Assembly (NCBI GenBank): GCA_965637545.1
Contig: OZ281498.1
Coordinates: 4,650,001 to 4,714,000 of the forward strand
Origin: Phallusia mammillata
Taxonomy: Eukaryota
Direction: 5' to 3'
DNA length: 64,000 nucleotides
In this document: in pieces, positions 1 to 11,800 of the stretch
How positions within the stretch are numbered: the stretch's first letter is position 1
Layout of the letters: the number at the start of each line of letters is the position of its first letter
Position numbers and translations under genes: made by a program
The notes under the pieces: generated by a model
Seen by the model: only the letters and a program-made list of their open reading frames with translations
The model's database searches: none
Told to the model about the DNA's origin: nothing

Positions 1-3000
1 GAAATAAACGGAGACGTTTTTCTCGGAATGACGTCATGGAAAAATAAAACCTTTCGAGTCGCTACAGTGGAGGTAAGAATTCTCACTTATAATTGACTTC
101 AACAATGTTTCTTTGACCAAGAACTAGAACCTATTGTTACTAAGTGTTATTGTTGCTAAAACTTTCTATCATATATTTGACGAATTTTCTCGCTAGTAAT
201 TTCAGCAAACACTTGGAATTATTAACAACTCACGGTTAACCTGGTTACACCGTCTCATAGTTGTTGTTTTTTAAATTAAACTACTGGTTTTTGTATTATT
301 ATTATCAATAATTACACAGATGAGGTAAAAATACAAATAGATGACATTTGTGGATTTTTAATGGCCTTATTGGATAAGCTAAATTATATTAAAAAGGGCT
401 TAGTTTTTGTCCCCCGACGTAAGAATAATAAACACACGTCCAGTTGCTTGATTAAAGTTTCGTTACAAATAAAAACAAGTTCACCTATTTTTGCAGAGTT
501 TATCAGGTCGCCATGTAAATTTTGGTCATGTAAAAACAATCACCTATTTTCTCCCTAGGACGAGCCATTCGTTTTTGTGCACAACGATTCAGACGGAAAT
601 GTAAAGTTTTCGGGATTTTCTATTGATCTTTTGCATATGCTTTCCGAAATGCTCGAGTTCCAATACGAGTTATATCAAGTTGCTGATCGCAAATACGGAG
701 CATTTAAAAATGGCAAATGGAATGGACTGGTCGGTGACGTTGTTGGAAAGGTAAATTTAAAATGTGTAAGTTATAACTGTCTGCAATAATAAACTCCAAA
801 AAATTAACTCGTTTTAGAAAGCTGACTTCGCAATCGCAGCAATGACCATTACACCACAGCGCGAGACAGTTGTGGATTTTACCAAGCGGTATATGGATTA
901 TGCTGTTGGAATACTTATGAAAAAACCCAGGGTAAAATTTTACATTTTAAGTTATAAATAAACTTGTTTTGTAGAGAAATTAATTTTAGATTAGTCGTTA
1001 GCTTGGCGCTATAATTTACCAAACACGAAACTGTTATAGACTGTTACCAACCTGTTTGCGTTCTTGAACCCGTTTGACAACTCCGTATGGTATTCCATCA
1101 TCGCTGGACTCTTCCTAGTTTCAATACTTTTGTATGTGTTGAATCGAGTGTCGCCAAAACAGATGAGAGGACCGCCCTACCACGACACCTCACTCCATGG
1201 CACTTTCTGGTTTGTCTACAGCTCACTTGTACAACAAGGTAAATCTGCTCAGTGCTATATAATTGATGGTAGAGCCTCTAACACAGGGGCTCCCAACCTG
1301 TGGTACGCGTACCACTAGTGGTACGCGGAGGTTTTTCAGGTGGTACGCGAGTAGCTTCCGTTTTTTTCACAAAAATCAAAATACAGGTCATGCCAATTGT
1401 CAACAAGAAGCACAGTTGCTTCGAAAACCCGTATAACGCTATGGGACAGTGGGCGTTAATTATGTTGCTCTTGATAGATATCATCTACTGTTTTATAGAT
1501 TAAGCTACAAATGGCGTTGAATAGTGCTGGTTGTAAGCTCGGAATAATATGTTCAATAAAAGTAAAGGTTGGGAACCCCTCCGCTAACACCATCATATCT
1601 CACGTCACCCCACATTTAGCTAAATTTCGATAGGTTACGCAAATAGCTAAAATACTAGTTTAGGGTTGGAAAAATGTGTTTGAAAAGTTTACATTAGAAA
1701 CCAAGTTTTAAAGTTTGTTGTATTAAATTTTTTATAAAAACACCATCTTAACTAGGCCTTTGTGCTCTTTGCGCCACCTGTCAAAAATTCACTTGTGCAG
1801 CTAAAATGAGTTATGGTTTTAGTAGATTTTCCGCAATTGACAGGTGTGTAGGCAGGTGGTTGTTTTAACACCTATCGAATTTTAATAAAGGTACAGATAT
1901 GAACTTGGTTACTTTGTCCTCGCAAATCGTCACTGGGGTTTGGTGGTTTTTTATTCTTATTATCATCTCATCCTACACCGCCAACCTGGCAGCGCATCTT
2001 ACAATTACAAGACTTGAAAACCACATCACATCGTTTCGAGATCTCGCCAAACAAACCGAGATCGCCTTTGGAACAGCTCGGGACACCAGCATCTACGACT
2101 TTCTGCGAACTAAAGGTACCGTACTGTAAAAACAATTTGTTAAATAATGCCACTAACGTCGGGTATGTTTAATTAAAACAGGCTCAAATGCCAAAGACCA
2201 TTCCTCAATGTGGGCAAGACTATGGAAGGTTTCCAATGGCACAAATTCAGTCAGCGATCCTAAACAAGGGTTTAACAGAGTAAAACATGGTATGCTTCAT
2301 CTCTAAAGCGTGATTAAAAACATGGAATATACATCTACAACCTTTTACGATTGTAGAACACTATGCATTTTTATGGGATGTAGCAGTAATTGAATACTTG
2401 ATCCTGACGGACCAAGACTGTATGTTTTCAACTGTGCCTGACTCTATCTATGACAAAGGGTATGGCATTGCGGTACAGCACGGGAATCCAATACGCGAGG
2501 CGTTGTCTTTGGGGTGAGTGACCCAATAAACCAAAGTAACAATGATACCTTGAAAAATATATATTTAATTTGGAAGAAACGTTTCTATATTCAGAAGTAG
2601 TAGCTATTTCATTCTTGATCTAATATTCTAATCAAAACTTACCTCATTTTAACTGACTTTACAGCATCTTACAGTTACAAGACAGAGGTGAAGTCAATCG
2701 ACTAAAGCAGCGTTGGTGGACTAGCGTTGGAAAGTGTCCCATGGATCATTCACAGAAACGCAGCCATTCCAGGTAAATCGAAGTAAACAAACAGTGTAAC
2801 TTAGTAGGGCAGTGGTTCCCAAACTTTTTCTGATGCGAACCAAATACTTTGTTTTGTGTGTTTTGTTTTTTTTGAGACCCATGAATAGCCTATGATCTAT
2901 GCGCTTATTGTTTGCAGTGAACTGACAATAGAAAATTTTGCCGGGGTTTTCTGTGTTCTGGCCTGCGGTCTTGTCATAGCAAGCATGGTGGCGGCGGTAG

Positions 3001-3967
3001 AACTGATGCAATATGTGAGGTATTCGAAGAAGACAAAAAAGAAGAAAGACATGGCAAGAGCTTTGTTACTTTTTTTAGAATCTATCGGATATTAAGTAAC
3101 ATTAAAACATGTTTAGGAAATGAGTGGAGTTGCATCTCAGGAAAGGCAACGGTGTTTTGAGATGCCAAAGGTTTATGTACAAAAGTGCGTTGGAAATGAA
3201 ATACATATTGTTCTCAAGCGCGACCAAGAATGGTGAGTGAGTTAAAAAATTCGTTGTATTAAACGTAGAGCTTTGTAAAACTTTTTCTGTTTGCGATTTA
3301 CTCATTTAAAATTATAATACTTCATTTCTAACATGTATTTTTAAGTAACCTAGATCTAATTCTAATGCAAAGTCTGTATAAGTACCAATTATCCACCCCA
3401 TTGTTACGTAATAGAGCTTCGTGGAGCCATTTTGCGTCCAAAACATTAAGCGCGCACAGGTAAAAACTCACATACGGTCTGATTTTTACAAACTGGAGGA
3501 CTTTACCGCGAATTGGATAGGCCAAATTGTTTGAACCCAAAAGTTTCATTCAATTGGGCCTATCAAATTTGCGTCTTTGCAGTTTGTGAAATTTAGACAA
3601 GATATGTGTTTTTCCCTTTACCTGCTGTATTACTTGAGACAGAAAATAGCTCCATGAGGCTCTATCGCGTAACAATGGGTTGGACAACCTGTGTTTTTAT
3701 CTGGAGTAGACTTTAATTTCCAAATATTATTACAAGAGGCGGATAAACACCTATAGGACCAGGTCGCAACTGCATTGATAACGATTTGCGGTTGATAGGT
3801 TTCTTTTGTATTTACAGTAACCAGGGTGGAGAAATGGAGAGCGAAATCGATATGCGCGAATACGAAGATGCACCAATTCGGACAAACGGAATAGGTGAGG
3901 TGTGCAAAAACATAGTATCTTTCCACAACCCTTACGTTTGAAACGTTTTGTCACAGACAAAGTGTGA
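1..3967 (+). CDS. GRID: Delta-type ionotropic glutamate receptor (GluD/GRID1-2-like), 3' part (S1, M1-M3, S2, M4, C-tail); N-terminal exons lie upstream of the window
   Basis: Phase-consistent exons: 1-72, 559-750, 818-931, 1040-1238, 1891-2115, 2182-2289, 2357-2513, 2665-2772, 2918-3053, and tentatively 3117-3232, 3818-3894, 3957-3967. The translation contains [87 protein letters not shown] and [24 protein letters not shown] and FAGVFC match my recollection of vertebrate GluD1/2 rather than AMPA/kainate subunits. The last three exons depend on a GC-AG intron and are less certain. Confidence 0.93.
1284..1581. mobile_element. hAT-type MITE in a GRID intron (GGTACGCG subterminal repeats)
   Basis: Ends are CAGGGGCTCCCAACCT ... 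AGGTTGGGAACCCCTC. The flanking 8-mers ctctaaca / cgctaaca are a 7/8 target-site duplication. Confidence 0.75.
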
Positions 3968-4585
3968 AGTATTAGCGGCAGTACTGATGTTAGCACTTGG
4001 TGGCCTCGCAACAGAAAGATACGATTGGACGAAACTGTGTGATAGTATGGGAAGTTTGCATCTCAAATTTAGGAGGGTTTGATGATTGTGAAGTACGCCA
4101 AGTGGCTTCTGAAAGTGGGTTGTGATCCCCAAACGATTTTTTTGCTGTTTTTGCCATAAATGGCAATGTGTTTTTGTGCTGTTTTGATATGTGTTTTACA
4201 TCTCAATCTGCAAATGATGTTTTTTCTTGTGTTAAATACAACCAACAAGCAAATATGAAAATGAGCATTATAACTTACTTAACCCCTTGCTAAGTTAATT
4301 GTAAACTTTTTTATATATTTTTCAATCAAAACAAGTAGAAAGAAATTGCATACTAATTTTGTGGCCCTTTTTTCAATGTGTAAATTCTACAGAACCTGAT
4401 TGGCTGCAAGAATGCTTTGTACAGTTTATTGTGCTTAAATACACAAGGCAGGCATATCCACAGTTCTATAATGTCTAACAGGATAATAAACAACATTGCA
4501 CAGAAAATTACCAAACATAAAAAAGGCTAGCATATCATTTGAAAGCAGTTAAAACCAGTTATTTTTATCCATGCAAATCAAAAAG

Positions 4586-5210
4586 CTAGTCTTCAACAGC
4601 ACCAGGTTGTGAAGCGAACTCCAAAAAGTCTTCTTCATAATCAACTGGTTGGGACAAAATAATATGAACCTGAAAAGTGCCACCTGAAGCTTTTTTGTAG
4701 TTTTCCACATTGACTTTCAGGTCATTTCTGTCCTGACAAGCTCTGTGGGTTGGTGACAGTGATGCACAGTTACTGCAGCTAGTTTTTACAATTACATCAG
4801 TTGCCTCCACTGAAGTTTTGCTTCGCCGAGATTTCTTGGCAGGAATTTGAAAATTGTTGTTGTTATCAACACCTTTGCATCGAACACATTTGAATGTTGT
4901 TGACATATCATTTTCAAGGTCAATGCTTCCATCCTTGTCATGCAGAAAATAAAGTGCCCTAAAAAAGGTTTGTTGCCATAATAACATTCAAATGGTATAG
5001 TATTACAGTTGTTTACCGAAAACCTGTGTTGCGATAGCTAACCTTCTGCCACCCTCTGATTTTGAGAAATGGAATAATGACTTGATTATGAAATGCTTTG
5101 GGTGCACCACCAGGAGTTGCAACATGGAGATAAAACAGCCTATTTCTTTCACCTGATTGTGTGGCTGATCGAATGTCTCCCAGTATATCCTGGGTATCCA
5201 CATCAACCAT
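4586..5210 (-). CDS. Uncharacterised 188-aa protein with two CxxC pairs
   Basis: Exons 5210-5017 and 4958-4586, joined by a 58-nt GT-AG intron with phase 2 preserved. The ATG is in an aaaATGG context 7 nt after a tttttcag acceptor. Likely non-coding upstream exons lie near 5359-5298 and 5500-5442. Protein: MVDVDTQDILGDIRSATQSGERNRLFYLHVATPGG...KCVRCK...SCSNCAS...EEDFLEFASQPGAVED. I do not recognise the family. Confidence 0.65.
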
Positions 5211-5493
5211 TTTTCAACTGAAAAATATAACATGTTGTAGACACACATCAGTTAAATCACTGGTAATAATGAGGGCCAACTTTCTTGTTAACTTACCCTG
5301 CTGCACTGGTAACTAAAATGCGAACAAAAAAATCCAGTCACAAAGTCATAGTATAAAGCTGTAAAATTAATTAAACCATAACATGCAAGTATGTCAAAAA
5401 AACAATAATACATCATCAAACCTACACCAATAAATTACCAGTTACCACATACGCAAGCTGCTCTCGTACGTTAATTTATCAACATAGAATTTA

Positions 5494-5769
5494 ACTTCCG
5501 CTCGAACGCCGAACACACGTCACTTAGTGGTTTAGTACAACAAAACAATGTTTGCGATTTTATAAAATGCATTGCTGGTTGCTGGAGAGAATTTCAGATG
5601 CAAATCCCCAAATAAACCTTTCAACGACTTTAAAATCATTGTATCGAACAAAAAGAAATTATCAGCGTGTTGTAACACTTAGCGTCGCAATTGAGCCAGT
5701 AAGTAAATTTCGTTCACCACATTTTTTGCTGTTGTTTGTCACAGCTCACTTGATCATAGTACCGGAAGT
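5494..5769. promoter_or_regulatory. Putative bidirectional promoter with two outward-facing ETS-type motifs
   Basis: ACTTCCG at 5494-5500 (CGGAAGT on the minus strand) and CCGGAAGT at 5762-5769 lie between the 5' end of the minus-strand gene and the plus-strand GREB1L locus. Confidence 0.35.
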
Positions 5770-8700
5770 GGAGTAGAATTGGTAGCAAAATGTGGGATAA
5801 CAATATTATGAAGTTTGCAAAAAACAACAAATTTTCAGGTCAGACATACCTGAACTTCTTTTTGTTTGTCAATTTTACACCGGTAAATGTTGTTTTAAGA
5901 TTTATTACAATCAAAAACAATGTGTGGTTTTGTGGTATCTGAAAAATCTTGTAGTAAAATATGAATTGCTTGTTTTGTTAAGAATTAAACTGTGCATGAA
6001 CAGTCGACAGGTTCAATGTGTTTTAACCACAATGTCAGGTGTCAGCATTAGGTTTTGATATTTTTTAATAACAATGGAAAACAAGTTTACCTATGGTAAA
6101 AACAAAGTTTACATGTGTTGTGTATAATAAACACTCCTCACATTCAAAAGTGTGTCATTTCATTTTACAATTCTAATAACAGTGTTTTGTCTATCATATT
6201 ATTTCAAACAGTTTGAGGTTAAAACTAATGGTAATCTATCAATCTAAAAATGGTTGACATAGTGGTATCCTCAGACACTGATATTCTGGCTAATTGATCA
6301 TATTTTCTAAATGTTAATAACAAAAACAATATAGTAATGGTAATTCTAATACTTGTTATCAGAAACACTGGTCTATTACTCAACTGAACAAAAATTAAAA
6401 ACATGTTTGGGACAAATAATCAACATGTCTCCAGTGTTACATTTTTTTGCAGTCTTTTTGGCATGGGATGTGCACCTAAAAAATTAATTTCACAAAATTA
6501 ACATAAAGTCTTAAGCTCAGAAGTAATGTAAAGTAATTGGTAAAGTGATTCTGTTTGTGCCATATCTCAGAAAAAAGAGTGTGTTTGCAAAGATAGTTTG
6601 GTTTAAATTCTGTTATCAGGCTATTTTGACATTCAGCAACATGAATTGTGACTAAAAAAAAAACTGCAAGAACATGCAACATTCTAGGAAGAGTCAAAAC
6701 TTGGAAATCTGAAATGTTGTGTTTAAATATTTTGTCTTTATAATTTTCTATTGGCTTAATACACTTGAAGCCTATTGCTAGATACATAAACTTTAAATGT
6801 TTGGATATCCTGAGATTTTAAAGACTTGGTTATGCTTAACATTTTGAAGCATACAGTCTATTTGGAAACTCAGCACCCCTTTGGAAAACAGGTTTCAAAT
6901 TTAAATTTATGTCAAGACAAAGAGATCCAGTAGGCTGACCACAACTGGGATTAATGGCGCCCTGTCAAACGTGCATGGTGACCTAAATCCACCGGCAATT
7001 GTCGTGTTTGGGGTTTGTGTGGCGTGGTGGACACTTGTGACTCTGGTTGGTTTGTGGCGTTCGAACTCAGTTAACCCGCCGAACACCATGCAAAGTAGGC
7101 CACTGAACCTCTCGTTTTGTGTCGAAATGCGTCACGGGCAGCCTAGCACTAACAAAGTGTATTTTAAGTTTTCCTAAACGCCGCGAAAAGCCTTGTACGG
7201 GTGTCACTTGGGTTCATTTGACTGCAACGGTGCTGAACTAATCGCATTGCCCGTTGAATGTTTTGTGTTAGTTTTTGGCGGGAACCGGTAACTTTCATCT
7301 CGAGAGTACAAACGAAATTATAACTAACCAAATTAGTGGAAAATGTCATGCTGTGCTTGCGCGAAAGTGCGTTTGACTGTTGTTGATTCGCGCGCACACC
7401 ATGTTCGTGAGCAAATCATATGCAAATTCGCGTAAACTTTAATGCCCAATTTCGCGAATTTGTTTGCCACCAAGTCGACTTCTGGAGATGGGTTTGATGC
7501 GTGATGTGTGTGTACTTGTAGTCAGTTAAAGCGTAGATCTAAAACGGCTGCAAGGTAGAGTAGAGTACACAACACAAAAAATGCAGTACTGTACCACGCC
7601 ATAGTCGCACATTGTTTTTCCAAAAGCAAAAGTTTGCGCTTACGTTGGAAGTTGTTATTTCGCCTAACGCTCTCCTAAATGGTGTCACAGGCTTTCTGTG
7701 AAACGACAAAGAATTGGAGAACTGTTTGTTTCTCTCAACTGGATCGCCAATCGCCTCTACAGAAGGAAACGGTTGCGTAGGCCGTTGTCATTGCCTAAAA
7801 GTTTAAATTCGTCCGTATGGTTTAGAAGCCTGTGGGAGAAAAACGCTCAGTCAAAAGCCTCTGCGAAAACTAGAGGAAAACAACACAATGAATTTTTACA
7901 AATGCATGACCTTCAGCAAACGCAGCTTGCACTTGCCGGTTTGGTGCACTCTGTTGCGCTACTTGACCGATGATAGATGGCCACAGCGACGTAATGATAA
8001 TCACCAAGCCACGTGTGGCACAGCAGTTTCCGTTCATCTCGCTTCCTGAGTGTGCTCTGTTGACTGTATTGTTACAGCAGCAGAAGGCAGTGTGCGTAGA
8101 ACCACCGGGAAGGCGGCCACAAGATCTGCTCAGAGCAGTTCGGCCGCGGAGAAATGGGCGCTTTTCAGGCGAGGTCTGCGTTGTACTTGTAGCCGTGTAA
8201 TGATCGCAAGTGTATTGTAAGCATGTAGGAGTTACCTAGGATTGAGTTACTCAACGCCGTGCTGCTTTTTTGTGAAACCTGAGTCCAGTGGAAGAAAAAG
8301 TTTGTTAGTGGTATTTGCCATGTTAACCAATTAAATTGTTGGCCACTGTCTGTTGAAATTAATACAAAAAAGAAGTCCTAAATTGATTGCAATAAGAACT
8401 AAGTTCGTTTTGATTTTCAGGTAACTGATGTTTATTGTAATAATGCATAGGGTGCAGAAATAAAAATTTGATGTTCCTACTTGTTCACCTAGCGCCATGA
8501 CATAGGTATGGTTGGCCGAAAAAACAGCACCCATGCGTTCCAAAAACATCCTACCTGTACAGGTAAGTGCAAAGCAATACTTTTACAGTATTGTGTTTGC
8601 TATAGTGCACATGGTAATTTGTCATAATGATACATACCAGGTGTGCTGTCATTTTTGAGTACATGGTTATGAAATAGTAAGTTGTGTTATTGAAGAGTTT

Positions 8701-8838
8701 AAAAAAAATCCTTGTAGTAAGTGTGTAAAAAATAATGTTGTAAGAATGTAAATACTATTATGAAACTTAACAACACATTTTCAGGTATTTTTAAACTTTC
8801 GTCATTGAAATTTTCAGGTGGTGTCTTCTTCTGACCTG

Positions 8839-11800
8839 ATGGGTAGTAACCAATCTGCTCATAAGGCCGCATTTGAGGAGGCTTTACATAGCAGCATTGA
8901 ATCATCATTGCGATCAGCAGCAGTAGTTCCCAGCTCAGTTTTTTCCACCTTATTTTTCACGCTACGACAGTCGAGTTCCACAATACCTGATGATCAACAA
9001 GGTATGATAAATTGGTTTGCAATATTAATTCAGGGGCTAAACTGATGGTGAATTTAGATGTGAAACCTAATATTAATCAATTGAGTGAAGAGATAAGCAA
9101 GCATGCAGGCAGTGAACAAACAGGAGATGAATCAGCTTCCACTGGCATTGTACCCAATGTAACACCGCAGTTAACAGGTCCTATTTCCAGTCAACAGTCA
9201 CCATCTTCAGGTAAGGATGGTATGTTCTGCTAATTAGTCTATTTATACAGAATAGCATTCACAGAATTCCGACATTTTTTTTAGTGGCATCCATGTTTCC
9301 CACGCCTCAAATTCGACCACAGGTCTTACATGCTGATAACAGATCTCCTGACGGAAGACAGCTCACGGCCCGGCCAACTATGCCACTTATTACTCAACAG
9401 CAACACATGGAGGTAATATACCTGTTTTCTAAACACATGACAGGTCTATTAACACAAACAATTTGTTATAAAACCAGCTGCAAAGGTTTAAACAGCTACA
9501 GCGGTTACGAGTATGGCAGCAAATGCAGAGTGAGCAACAGTCTAAAGCCCAACCGATGGTCCGAAATCCATCTGCCAGTGATGTTTTATATACAGGACCC
9601 AATCAAATGGCTGTATCAAATCGTACCCAACCTATGAGCTTGGAAATGAGGTAGGTGTAAAGCAGCTGTGTTGTAGTTTGCTGTTCAATGTGTGCAATAC
9701 TTGTTAAATGGCAGGAAACCTCCACCACCAATGCCACCTTTGACATCACCTATCAATGGCATGCATGGCAATGGAACCACCCACACTCGAATGAGTTTTG
9801 AAGGAAGAACTGAACGACAGGGGAGCAGAATTACAGGTAAATGCCTTTTTGTGTCAACTTAGAGCCAACATTTGTGACAATTTCCTTTTTCAAATAAAAA
9901 AATTTCCGCTATTTTTGAAAATCAATAACCTTTGTGCTTTATTTTTAGGTTTTTGCAAAACTGGAAAAGATATCCGGCTATCCACGTTTGAGAACGACGC
10001 TTTGGCTATGGCTGCCTTTCCCTTCACATATGCATTGTTATGCATGCAGTTAAATCCAAGATCGGGGGATACAACGTCACTGGTGATCATTGCGTTAAAC
10101 CTGAAATCTCTACCTCCACCCAATACTTCTGCCCAAGGTTTTAGCTTTGTACTTTTCTCATTAAATATAAGACCTAAATGGAGTAAATTGGTAAAATGTC
10201 GGTTTTATTTGCATATTGAACACGTTTCAGTTTCAAGAGTGCGCTAAATTTGCGTTTTTCTGTCAGCATTATCGGCGCAATGTGTTGGTTGTGGGGAGAA
10301 AGCGCTCCACACCTTTAGTCAACTATCAGACCACATTGGACTGGAAGCTACTGTGGATTTGACCAGCCCAAGACTATCCACCAATTCCAGTCAGCTCATT
10401 GGTGCTCACGCTCAATTTTACCTCGTAAAAGATCCAAAGGTACCAAGTCGCCTAATAAGAGGACCTCCGATATTGTGGAACAAAGGATTAGAGGGTATGA
10501 ATCAACTCCAACGAATTATTGCCAGTTTTATCACAAGTATATTTACAGGGCAACTACAATCTGGGGTGCCATCTCCAAGGGCGGGCATGTTGCCTGTTAT
10601 GGCGTCTCCGCAGTTGGTTCCAAAACCTAACGTAGGGGCTCTGCCGCCTACTCCACGCTTGTCAAGCTCTCAGCATCTCGACTCGCCTCTGCAGAACGCC
10701 ATACATCGCTTACATGGGCAACCCCATCCCTTGCTAGGCAGATCGATGTCCGGTCCGTCCCAACGTAATATCCCAGACACACTAAAGCGCCTTAGCTCAA
10801 ACTTGGGTGAGTTTTGGTATATTTCCTTTTTTTCTGACAAGGCGTAAATATAGAACTTCGTCTAATGGGAATCTTTAGGCAATTGGCCTTTTTATTTATG
10901 TTCTCAATTCCCGACCACATTTTGGACAAAAGTCAAGTTTTCGGCTGCTAGAATCTTTTTAGTGTACCGCACTTATGCGAAAAAATGCAATAATAGATTT
11001 TGGTATTTGAGAAAAATTGGTACACACTTTAACTAAGAGCAAAAATGTATGTTGTATTCCAAACTCTATTTAATTGTACTTATAGTTAAGCTACGTTTTT
11101 GGCGTTGTTACAAGCCATTTTTGAATTCTTCTTAGCTGATGATGAATCCCAAGATCAACTGCAGCCAAAACGGTACATGATAAACCGCGATGTCTCAGCC
11201 TTTTCCGCCGTTGACATTTCTCCCGACTTGGCCTTCAGCATTCAGCGCAAGCCAGTCATTGTTTTTCTCTGTCCCACCACAAATCTACCTCGCTTTTCAG
11301 GCGACACCTCCAATATAACTGTGACGCAAACGTTTTCTGAATGCTTTAAGGAGCCCCTAAGCAGCGTAAGTATTAAATGAGACTTTTTTATTGATTATGT
11401 GCCGTCTTTGCAGCCATTTTTTATTTACAGATTAAAGAGCAATTAGATTTTTCCGACCATTCCCCGCTGTCAAACGATGTCTTGCTACTTATTACACTGC
11501 AGTATGTTGTTTCACTTGGTAAGTGTTCAAAATTTGTATTCTTTAAACGCGTTTTAAGCCCTGTTTGTTCTTTTTCTCCACTTTGAGCCATTTTTAACAA
11601 TTTTTAAAAAAGTTTGTTTTTTGCTAAAAATTGTGCCTGAGCACTCTCTATAAAGTGCGACTATTTTTGAGAATCTAACAATTAACGGACATAAATGAAC
11701 GTTTGCAGTTGCCTTAATTTTCAAACATTTGAAAATGCGTTTTCTAGAGTAAAAATATTATTTTTTTAACCACCTTTTATCAAAAATTATACCGGTCGCG

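Noticed and set aside
9002-9033. In-frame acceptor at 9033 for GREB1L exon 2
   Set aside because: It would leave a 32-nt intron, far below the 53-70 nt minimum seen elsewhere. The 9057 acceptor gives DVKP, matching the recalled orthologue.
11431-11460. Apparent frameshift in a GREB1L exon at a T run
   Set aside because: Recounting shows five Ts (gat ttt tcc gac), so the frame is intact.
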